64,000 nt of DNA from Klebsormidium nitens (lineage: Eukaryota > Plantae > Klebsormidiophyceae). The DNA lies in contig DF237023.1 of assembly GCA_000708835.1 (NCBI GenBank), positions 124,001 to 188,000 on the forward strand. Reading direction: 5' to 3'. Below the pieces are notes generated by a model. It searched no databases. It was given only the letters and a program-made list of their open reading frames with translations, and had not been told where the DNA came from. Below are positions 1 to 10,644 of the stretch, in pieces. The first letter of the stretch is position 1. Each line of letters starts with the position of its first letter. The translations under genes were made by a program, and so were the position numbers.

Positions 1-54
1 ACGTGCAATCCGTGCGAGTCCAAGTCACTGAGAACACCTCTTCTTCTCTGTCAG

Positions 55-3000
55 GTTAAGGAGCGCCGGGGAAAGAATCTGTTCTTCAGCACAGATGTGC
101 AAAAGCATGTTGCAGAGGCAGACATTATATTTGTCAGTGTAAATACACCAACAAAAACGAGGGTAAGCTTCTAGTCAATCGACGGCCCTCTGGTGAGGCA
201 GGGGCTGTCTAATGAACCACAATTGGCTGGGCTTGATAGACGCGATATGATGATCTGCTGCACGTTCTGGTCCATTAGGGTTTTGTTGAGCAAGGATCAT
301 GACTGATTGAACTTGATGACATAATCCAGTGGTGCCTGGGCAGGTTGAGTCTAGAAATTACTTGCACGTACCTGGGGAAGAGTTGGCTTTATGGAAAAGC
401 TGGTTGTCTGGCACATGGACTAACACATTCTACATGTTCCAGGGTTTGGGTGCGGGGAAGGCGGCTGATCTGACATATTGGGAAAGTGCTGCCAGGTATT
501 TGCCTGCTCCCCACATCCTGCATCCCAACAAGTCTAAGAAGATTCAGTTGAACCACGTGCCTATGGGACAACTTCTGCTGACAATAACCGCAAAAAGTGC
601 TCTTAGAGTGGCTGAATTGCAATACATTCCAAACGCAAACCCTGTTCTCCACAGGTCTCTGATCTCTCAGCCCTTGTTTTGCAGGATGATCGCCGACGTT
701 TCTAAGACTGACAAGATTGTAAGTGGCACAGTTCCTCAATAGTTGATGATGATGGCTGTGAAGAGAAAGCAATTCGCACAGGCAACTTGTACTTGATAAT
801 GAGACAGATGTGGATTTGAGTAGAAAGAGCATCTAGCACAGCAATTGACCATGATGCGCAAATCTGCTCTCTCTCAAATAGTGGCTTACTTGTTTCTTGC
901 TCGTATTACAGGTCGTGGAAAAGTCAACGGTACCAGTGAAAACAGCTGAGGCAATTGAGAAGATTCTCACGAAGAATGGTCATGGGATTGAGTTCCAGGT
1001 GAGCAGACTGATCCTCCATCAAAACTTGTGACAGAAGAGCTGGAAGCTTCCCTTTTGTCTGATGGCAGAGCTCCAGAAAATCTTTGTTGACCTTCATTGG
1101 GCACAGCTTCTCTAGATTGCTCCTTGATCCAATGATTCTCATTCTCAAGCAAGCATGCCATGCAGCTCAGCCTCTGCTCGCTTTCTCTGAAACCATGCAG
1201 ATTCTTTCAAACCCGGAGTTTTTGGCTGAGGGGACCGCAGTTGAGGACTTGCTCAAACCAGACCGTGTACTAATTGGAGGGCGCGAGACTCCCAAAGGTC
1301 AGGCAGCCATCCAAGCCCTGGCAGCTGTGTATGCACACTGGGTGCCAAAGGAGAACATCATCACGACCAACCTCTGGTGAGCCTGCTCTTACCCAAATTC
1401 AATGACAACCTGCAACTCGTCCTGAATGCTGTCGATCCACTGCAAGCATATCGGATAGTTTGTTGGTGTTCTTCATCGACGAAATCGAATAGTTTCTTTC
1501 AGCAAGTTCGATGTGGAGGCCTTATTCTTGGCTTCCACACAGGCACAGATCTGACTGGACAGGGGTCCTTTTGGGTGGGTCGAGGTGCAAGCTTGACCAC
1601 ATGCAACACCTTCAAAAACGATAAATTATCCTAAGGATCATGTGTTTCTCTGACAGGTCTGCCGAGCTTTCGAAGTTAGCTGCCAACGCCTTCCTGGCGC
1701 AAAGAATTTCCTCCATCAACGCCATGTCGGCCTTGTGTGAGGTGAGGTCACACAAAACACAAACGAGGTCACATCCAAAGCAGTTCCTGCTTCTTTGATA
1801 TCCTGTTGTTGAGAGTGCCTGAGTTGCGGGAAGGCAGATCGGCTTTGACTTTGCTGAAGCCCCCCTCATCCTTTCTCCGTTTTCTCCTGAAGTTCATGCA
1901 AAGTTCTCACTGGTGACTATTTTGTAATCTGCAGGCCACCGGTGCTAACGTCTCTGAGGTCGCGTATGCCATCGGAAAGGACAGCAGAATTGGGCCCAAG
2001 TTCTTGCAAAGCAGTGTTGGCTTTGGCGGCTCCTGCTTCCAGAAGGTGAGTTGTCCAACAGTCATTGATGGGTTGCTTTTCCAATAGCTTGGTTCATGAC
2101 GAGCACTTCGGACGAGAAGCGAAGTGCCATCCTCAGTGAGTACACTTCGCCGAATCTACTTTCTTGCTTTTGACGAGCAACTTCTGAGCTCTCCTGGGTA
2201 CGTCACTGACTGACATCCGATGTGCAGGATATTCTCAACCTTGTCTACATCTGCGAATGCAACGGCCTCCCTGAGGTTGCTGCATACTGGAAGCAGGTGG
2301 TCGACATCAATGACTACCAGAAGTCGAGATTTGTGAACGTGAGTCCTTCTTCTTTCGAGATTGCAGCTGCGGCTATGCATCTCTGACTGGAGCAGATTAG
2401 CCTCTTATCTGGTTTCAAAAGTGCTTCGAAGGAAAAATTGCCCCGAGGATGTCAGGGTACGAATCCTGCCCTGATCCTACTGGGAGAGTGTCATGATCCT
2501 ACGAGAGGCTCCAGGACTGTCTCATGAGTTCAGAGCTCGGTCTTCGTCTGCAGCGGGTTGTTGGTTCCATGTTCAACACCATCAGCGGCAAGAAGATTGC
2601 CATCCTCGGGTTCGCCTTCAAGAAGGACACCGGCGACACACGTGAGACCCCTGCCATCGACGTCACAAACGGCCTACTTCGGGACCGGGCCCTCGTTAGC
2701 GTATACGACCCTCAGGTAAAATCACAGCTCGTTGTAAGCCTGGCCGGCACGGAAGTTACTTGCGGAGCCTGATTTGAGACATACCGCTCTGTGCAACACA
2801 GACTGTCCTGCAAAGAGCTTTGTCCATTTTTGCACTTCGAAGGCCGCTCATCCTGACTCGTGCAATTGGATGGCCTTCAGGTTACGGAGGAGCAAATGAG
2901 ACGGGACCTGTCACAAGAAAAGTTCGGTAAGTGATGCGAACCTTTTCATGCGGCTAACAGAGCTAATGAGCAGCTGATGGGGATCCGTTTCTTGACGACT

Positions 3001-3670
3001 TCGCGCCTTTCGCTAATTGATATTCGAGGTTGACGATCGATCTGAAACAATACCTTGTTTCGACAACTTTGTTCCATTGATGAGTCGGGGGGCAGATGAC
3101 ATCTTCAATAATTGGACAGATGGCGGAGCTCATAACCTCGTGCCTTGGGCCAGACAAGATGTTGAACGATCTCGTTAGTTGTAAAACGCAAATTGAGTCG
3201 AGAGACAAATGCGACCGAAACCAATCGGTGGCTTGCTCTAAAACAAGCCGTGTACGTACATCGACTAATAAAGCAGTATCCTGCTCAGGATTGTACACAT
3301 TCAACGCAAGTGAAGCAACTACGCGGTCTGTTTCTAGGCTGCTGCTCACAGAGCCGTCTCCCTGCTTGCAGCTTGGGACCATCCAGCACACATCCAGCCC
3401 GCCAGCCCCGCTTCCGCTCAGAAGGTCGGGTATGTAATGGACCCCTACCAAGCCACGAAGGACGCCCACGGCGTGTGCATTCTGACCGAGTGGGACGAGT
3501 TCAAGAAAATGGACTGGCAGAAGGTGTACGACAACATGGTCAAGCCCGCGTTCGTCTTCGACGGGAGGAACATCATCAACCCCGAGGAGCTACGAAAAAT
3601 CGGCTTCATCGTCTACTCGATTGGCAAGCCCTTGGACCCCTTCGTCAAGGATGTGTCGGCGCTCGTCTAG
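55..3670 (+). CDS. UGD: UDP-glucose 6-dehydrogenase, 5'-partial (start lies before the window); exons 55-162, 443-495, 685-718, 912-998, 1201-1376, 1657-1741, 1935-2045, 2228-2338, 2554-2715, 2881-2926, 3372-3670
   Basis: Spliced translation gives [75 protein letters not shown], catalytic [26 protein letters not shown] and TEWDEFK...FVFDGRN. All introns are GT-AG; stop TAG at 3668-3670. Confidence 0.97.
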
Positions 3671-4616
3671 GTGCTGTTGAGGCTCTAGCCGCGCTTAGCT
3701 CACTACAACAGGCCAACCTTCTGTCCACTCCTGCCTTGGAGATACTGTCCATGTTGATATGCTGATGAATACTTGAAAGTCACTCTAGACAGCAGCGGGG
3801 AGCATACTGCGGCCTTCCACGGGGACCTATAATAGCTGGTAGCAAACCTGTATTCGTAGATTGTGTCCCGAGCTCTAACTAAAGAGTTGCGCTCACCGAG
3901 TTACTGGGCAACATCAAGTTGAGCATATGCATGCTCAAGTGGGAAGGTCAGACACATATCACAGGTGCTTAACTTAAGCTGACCGGGCTGAATCTGAGTC
4001 TGAATGCTGGTACATTTCAGGAGTACCATCGTTGTGTTTGATTCTAGCTCAAATCTCATACTCCATGAACCATCTCCTGCAATCCAGCTCATGAGTTTCC
4101 ATTACAAACAACCTATTGTAGGCTGCCATGGACTCCTTGGGCCTGAACTTGGAAAGCATGCTCACAGGATGCAACATTGTTTAGAGAAAGACAGCCTCTT
4201 GCGTTCTTATGGATCCAGATATATTTATAGGCGGGATTTCTCGAGACATGTGACTTTTGAAATGCTGTGAAAGTGGTCAACCGGGCACCGGGCACCAGCC
4301 CCCTTGACTCTTCGCCACGGAGCTCCGAGAACCGGCCACCAGCCCCACCAAGAAAATTCAGAAAACCGGAGGTCCGGAGGCCACTGCACATATGTTTTGA
4401 CACGATGCCCAAATCAACTTAAAAGTCATCATTAGTGACGTAGCCCTTCGTGCATGCAAACCTTTCAACCTTAGAAAGGGGCCACGTAACTCGACCGAGA
4501 ATCTGTGTTTGGGGACCTAGGGATCGCAGACAGTGAAGGGCGCTTTGGCGAGCGTGACCCTGCTGCAAACAAGAACATTCGCGGCGCGCGCCTGGATATA
4601 TACCCCTCCCAAGTTC

Positions 4617-5762
4617 TAGGGGTTTTAGTTTACGGCGTAACACAGGTTGACTGTAATGCTTTACGAACTTTCGTAGTTCGTTCTTGGTTAAGAAACAAAT
4701 TCTCACTATTGTATCCGAATCATGATCTCCAAACATGGAATGTGTCTGCTTTGCTGTTTGGTTATAACACTAACATTCCATCTCATGAAATTGCCCCATG
4801 GAAACTTCTTCACGCCGAAACACTTCGTGCAATTTGGCTCGCGCGAAATGAAAAAATATTCCGAGCAACAATGATTACCTCTAATGAATCGATTGCTACT
4901 ATAAAATGCCGTTTATTACAATCTGTCCAAGTTCTCTATTATAACCTCCGCACCTCTCACACAAAAAACAAAAGACGGCGCATAAAACGATTCTTGCATC
5001 TGTGGACACAAATGGTTCCCTTTTGCAAACTTAACAATAAGGGCTACCTGGTTTTATCTCCTTCATTCGATGATAACGGCGCAACCATATAGATTTGCTT
5101 GATCGCTTTTTAATCAACTTCCACTACTAGTGATTTATCACCGACTTTATTGCTCGATAAAAGGAGGTGGCCCGGGAGCATAACCCGGTCTGTTTTTAAG
5201 CATCCTTTGAACCCTCGAGCTAGTGCGGTTCCGAGGGGAACCCTAGCTCGGAGGGGGATGCCCACCTTCCTCCCTGCGGGGGGGGGGAAAAAAAAAAAAA
5301 AAGTAATGCTTTACGGCGTCATTTACGGTTGCTTTACGGTACGCCGTAATTTTACGGTCATAATTCCACTTTGGTAAAGCAAACAGACCGTAAAGCAAAG
5401 AGATGCCTCATGCTGAGCGTTACCGACCAAAAAAATGCATTTTCTAAGCATAAATGGCAATATAGTAATATATCCCATCCGAAACTATCCGAATATATAG
5501 TAAAAGTTGCAAAAATCAAGAAAAACTAAAACTTGGTTAGAAGCGCGGGTAACTCAAAACTTCTCTTAACCCAGCTGTAACTTTGCTTTACGCTTTACAC
5601 TTACGCCTTACCACTTGTAAAGCAGAAATCGGACCGTCATTACACCGTAACGCCCAAACCGTAACTTCAATTGCTTTACCGGGCCTGACCGTAATTACGG
5701 CGTAAATTACAGGGTAATTTACGGTACGGTAATTACACCGTAATGTAAAACCAAAAGCCCTA
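4617..5762. mobile_element. Non-autonomous hAT-like MITE (about 500 bp after removing the nested LINE)
   Basis: Imperfect terminal inverted repeats TAGGGGTTTTAGTTTAC (4617) and GTAAAACCAAAAGCCCTA (5745-5762). Many TTACGG/CCGTAA subterminal motifs at 4630-4665, 5310-5400 and 5570-5745, as in Ac/Ds-type elements (TAGGG termini, AAACGG-like subterminal repeats). No 8-bp TSD found. Confidence 0.65.
4666..5302 (+). mobile_element. 5'-truncated non-LTR retrotransposon (L1/Tx1-like ORF2 C-terminus, 3' UTR, poly(A))
   Basis: Translation WKLLHAETLRAIWLARNEKIFR matches the IWxxRNxxIF motif downstream of the zf-RVT in L1-clade ORF2. AT-rich; stop at 5092; ends in G10 + A15 (5278-5302); flanked by the perfect 13-bp direct repeat GTAATGCTTTACG (4653-4665 and 5303-5315). 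Confidence 0.88.
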
Positions 5763-6644
5763 CTCGGAGTCCCAACCCTATAGTATGTCTTCAAGCTGCT
5801 CGTGAATGCATGTCAATGCATGTGTGGTCGGCCGGAGCCGCGGCCCCGCGGGTCTCCGCCATCACTCGCTACCTGGAACTGCAAAAGGGCCTCTTAATAA
5901 TATTTGACACTAAGAATGGCAGAAAGACAGCGTGCATAATGATCACGCTGCATATAGCAAACAACTTGAAAACATGATCGGTCGCGCCCCTCTCGCGTAG
6001 AAATGACGAGCTTATCACAAGCAATTGTTTGATCGAGGCAGTCAGAATGGACTTGGTTGGAAGGCTCGCAAATGGCCTCAGTGCATGGGTCCGGTTCCAC
6101 ACGATAAGCGAGAGCTGATTAGTGTTTGCAGTGACTTTTCAGCAAGATCCTGAATATTAGTTGCGTAGCTGAATATGTGCATGCGGTTGTGCGCATACTA
6201 CATATGTCATATGGATGTACAGAGCGGTGCATCCCGGATGAAGTCGAATTCTTCTATCCGGCCGGAATTAGTCTGAAAATCTTCCAACTTTGCGGCACAT
6301 TTATTGAGAAACGGTACTTAGAAAAAGCTGCCAAAAACTGAAAGACAATCTCTTTTAAAAAATTGGCTATAATTTGTGGATACAGTACCAGAGTCACTTA
6401 ATATCGTTAGAAATCTAGATTGTCTGGCCCAGATCTCACCAATTATAGTACAAGCGGTAACGGACAGTATGATGGTAAACAATTTAGCAGGTAACGTAAG
6501 GTCTGCGCTGAACTCCTGGAACGTTTCATAGATGATATTTAGCGTCGGACCTGACGAAAGTTGAACGCTTGAACGCTGGTACGGTTTACTGAATGGCGAC
6601 CGACTGTTCCTGCTCTTCTCAAATGGCGCATGTGCCTTTATCAT

Positions 6645-9600
6645 TTATGCAAGCGTAGCATTTGCTAATAGTAGGTTGTAGAGGACCGAGACCCAAGCGT
6701 CAAGGGGCCCGGGCACACAGTAATGTAAGCAGTCCTGATCTTGAAAAGGCTTCAGATGGGAGTCTGGACGCAGAGCGGTCATCCTACAAGAAGAAACTTT
6801 CTGATCACATCCTGCAGTTTGGCAAAATCCTAGTGTCCTAGTGTCCGGTTAATGCGGAAGTCACGGCTGGAGACCGAGCAGGCCGGAGAGATTGCATGAT
6901 CTTATTCAGGCCCCATATCATGACTTCAATCCCAGCGGATTGCGCAAGACAACATAATTCCTGTAGGAAGACGCTGGAAGAGACCGCGAACCAGTTGCAG
7001 CTATCAAAGATTACATTCAAGGCTACAGAGACCAATTTGGTCACACTTTTCGAAGCAACTATGAATCCGAAACTCCAAACTTCGGATTCTTGAAAGGGTC
7101 GCATCTACTTCATGTGACATTCCTGGAAAAATGGTCGTCCGAGAGACCCCCGAAAGCTCTAGAAACATGTATTGTAAACAGTAAGAATTCAGGACGTCTT
7201 CTTCTTACCTCATAACGTCCATGTACACAACGCCTAGGTCGGCCGCAATCTTCTTCGCAATTTCATTCTGCCTCCTCACGTTATCCCACCCGTAAGGGAG
7301 CTGATCGTTGCTCTGTTCCAACGCAAGTGGACCTTCATACATCTCGCAGCTGAGGTGGCCGATGCTGGTGCTTCGAAAGATCACGAGCGCGTGCGGGAGC
7401 CGACTTCGAATGAGCCGGATCGCTGCTGTCAGGCTCTTGCTGCAATCGAGTCGTGAAACTCTGGTTAGCAAAACATGAGTCGAAGGGAGAAACAAACGAA
7501 GCAGATATGGCCGATCCTCAAAGCTGAACTCAATTTAGTGACCGCAATTGAGGCACCCGGTGGTTTCGGAAAGAGCTGAAGGTACCTCAAACTTACATCT
7601 CGTTCCGCTCATCCTCCCAGGCATTGAAGACTGAAGGAATTCCTTGCACAGGACAAACCGGACGGACAAATCGGTTGTAGACGTCCCTCTCGATAAGGGA
7701 TTTCAAACCAAGCCACAAACAACGAGCATCATGCTGACTTACGCTACCCAGTGCTTCCTTGTTGCATGTCAAGCAGCATAGGAGACACTTCTTTCTCCAA
7801 GCGCGGCATAAACTTACGTGTGATCCCCGTCCTTTTGAATATGCAGCCCTTGATTCAAAATCACAAGCTTGGTCTCTGGAGTCAGCTCGTGCAGCCATGG
7901 CTCGTGTTTCGTATTCCCCACCAAAGTACCTTCGTCCACATGGCCGAGCTGATCGCTTCTAACAAATTTGACCGTCTCAGTATCGTGTGCAGACGTAAGA
8001 AACACGTCAGCACAGAGGTCCCGAGCAGGAGTACAGGTAGTATCGTTTGACCTGCAATTAAACGGAGGTATTTGGTGCTATAAGCCGAAGAATGTTTCTG
8101 TCAAACAAAAAGTATGTACGGTCAAATTTGCCCGAGCGTCGATAATCCCAGCTTCCCCTCCTTCACAAATAAACAAGCTTTCATTTGAGCTGAATCCCTT
8201 ATATAAAGTTCTTTGGCAATGTTCAAAGATCTCTGCGAGTCAATTGCACAGGCTTGTCAAAATCTTTGAACCGCTTTGCACAAGGTTGCACTTACCTTGG
8301 GCAGGCTGAAGAAGCAACTTTGGGTGAGAAGATAAAAGAGAAAAATGCTGAATCTGATCTTGGTACTGATTGATTTGTAGACGTAAATTGGAGATACAGG
8401 GAGACCAAATCAGATCCTCCAGATCAACTTCCTATAGGACAGTATGCCCAGGCAGAAAATGTGCATTTGAAACTATCTGCAGCTTCTCATATTTGTCCGG
8501 TCAAGGGCGTGATGGAATACAATACCCTTCAAAGTCATGGTACTCTACTTACGAGAGCGTTCTTGTCTCGGCCTTGTTGCCAAAGGTCCAGTGGAGGTGG
8601 CTCTTAAGCGCGACCGCGAAGTGCTCACTCATGGAATCCCCAAGAACAAGGATTCTTTGTCCGGGGCCAATGAGATGGCAGAAGTTTGTCCTGCAGAGAA
8701 CTTGACAATGATGAGACCTTCGTTACAAAAGTGAAGATGATTGCAGCAGAATCATGAAAGTTTTGGCATTAGCTCCACTGTCATCGGAGCAGATAAACGC
8801 AGAAGAGAACATGTAGCGTTGGGAAACTCATCAAGTGCATCATCTCGCAGGTCTGCAATACTCAAATGCTGAACCTGAAGATTGCGAACAGAAGGCACTT
8901 CTGCAATGTGAAAGCTTTGTATGTCCAGAATGCTGCGCAATATATTGATGCTTGAAAGTCTGGACAACTTGAAAGATCTTCAGAGCGTGTACTACACAAT
9001 CATCCAACGTTCCTCTATGAAACCAGCTCAAGCTGATGTGAAGTGGAAATCACGGAGTTAAGATCTTAACCGAAGTCTTGTGCACGCTTTAAGAGATCCA
9101 TGTCTGCTTTACAATCTTATCATAAAAAGCAAGGAGAGAATAGCAGCTGCACCTGTTCACCGGCAACATCGGGCAGTCCTGCGACTCGGTATCCCAGCGA
9201 AACTTCAGACCATCTCTCACAAACCAATGCGCCTGCCCTGCAAGCTTCCCCAAATGACCCGTGCGGTTTATGCTGAGCTGCGCCATGTAGCTTAGGTCAC
9301 ATGTTTGAAGCTCCTTCCTGCATGTGACGTCCCATGCAATATCTCTCGGGGTCGGTTGATAATGCCAACTTCCCATGCTCTGAAGGCATTCAGACTTTAA
9401 GGTCAGCATATTGACGGCCTTTGAAACAGGAAGTGGATCATTGCTAAGTTGCCCGCTACCTGGACCCTGGTGAGGGAGATCGTCAGCTTTTGGGTGAACT
9501 TTCGCGGCGGCCTCGAAGACAGATGGAATCCTCACTTTGGAGATCAGAGGGAGGCCTTGGAGCACGGCGAGAGGCACAAGGACTAGCAGAAGAAGCTTGT

Positions 9601-9667
9601 AGACAGAAGCAACGTCGTCAGGGATCCAGGTCCTGGCTTTCTTGCTCCCTTGACTCCCTCGTCCCAT
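6645..9667 (-). CDS. Trichome-birefringence-like (TBL / PC-esterase) polysaccharide O-acetyltransferase; exons 9667-9153, 8690-8553, 8051-7818, 7439-~7210, 6783-6645
   Basis: N-terminal membrane anchor (VYKLLLLVLVPLAVLQGLPLI), Cys-rich PMR5N-like segment (WDTESQDCPMLPVNRTNFC), RILVLGDS (GDS motif), VILNQGLH, VIFRSTSIGHLSC, ALRPDSH and DCLHYCVPGPLDAW (DxxH motif). Splice phases are consistent. Confidence 0.88.
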
Positions 9668-10644
9668 GATGTTGACTCCGATCTAACATTGCGCCCATAA
9701 TGTGGACGTGATCTCGTTGCCTGCCATTGTCTGGACTGTGCTGCTCATCACTTTCGGTATTCACTGACGGTAGCTTGTCAGTATACTGTAGGGGGAGTCG
9801 GAGGGACGTACGCTCATGCGTACCACATCATTGCGCTGGGAATATACTCGATAGATAGTTCAGTAAAGAGCGGAAAATTTTAGCGACCAACTTTCCGATG
9901 TAACGCTTGGCCTCGTTAACAGTACATCGTTACATCATGCCGTGTCTCTTCTGCATTCCTAGGTTTTCGGATGCTATATACACCCTTCGACATACTGCAT
10001 CATGCATGAGCAGCTATGCATTATGCAGGAACTGGTATTCCACTCGAGGCGGAAAGGGAAGGAGGTATCACATGTGCAGGTCTGTCCGTTTTCCGAAGGG
10101 TTCGTGCTATAAGGAGCTCGCGCTTGAGAATCTTCATAAGCGGTAAGCATCTCCGGAGAGTTTCTATATAAAGCTGTAGAAACTTGTGATTGTGAGGGTG
10201 AAAACGGCTTGATTAAAAAAGTGAAGTAATGCCAAGTCTTGTGAGAATCAATCTCTGAATGCAAAGACGCGACAGCTGTTCATGATACATGTGGATATAT
10301 GCGGCGTCACTAATGACATCAAGTCCGGCCCACATAACACGAACCGTCTGCACTGCAACACTGGCAGACAAACAAATCTAATCTTTGTGATAGTGCTCAC
10401 ACAAGCTTACCCAGGAAACGAGCAGAGGTGGCATCCACAAAGTATCATCTATGTTCCCGTGCACTAGATCTATCTTCATGCATGTTCTCGCTTATTCGGG
10501 TCCCGTTTTTATCTGCATGGGCATATATCAAGGATAGCACGCATGGGTCTCAGGTCGTGCTCCGTCCCGTCGGAGAACTCTAGAACTGAGTTTGTTACAT
10601 TGGAACTCAAAAGTCTTTCAAGGATTCGACGTGGAGAAGAAAGG

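Noticed and set aside
244-310. Possible box C/D snoRNA in a UGD intron (ATGATGA ... CTGA)
   Set aside because: No terminal stem and no recognisable rRNA antisense element; such short boxes occur by chance.
4272-4391. Short GC-rich segment with CGGGCAC repeats and weak AGTGGTC/GGCCACT ends
   Set aside because: The inverted ends are too short and there is no TSD.
4505-5092. 195-aa ORF as an independent gene
   Set aside because: It is a chimera of flanking DNA, the MITE left end and the LINE ORF2 tail; coding similarity starts only at about 4666.
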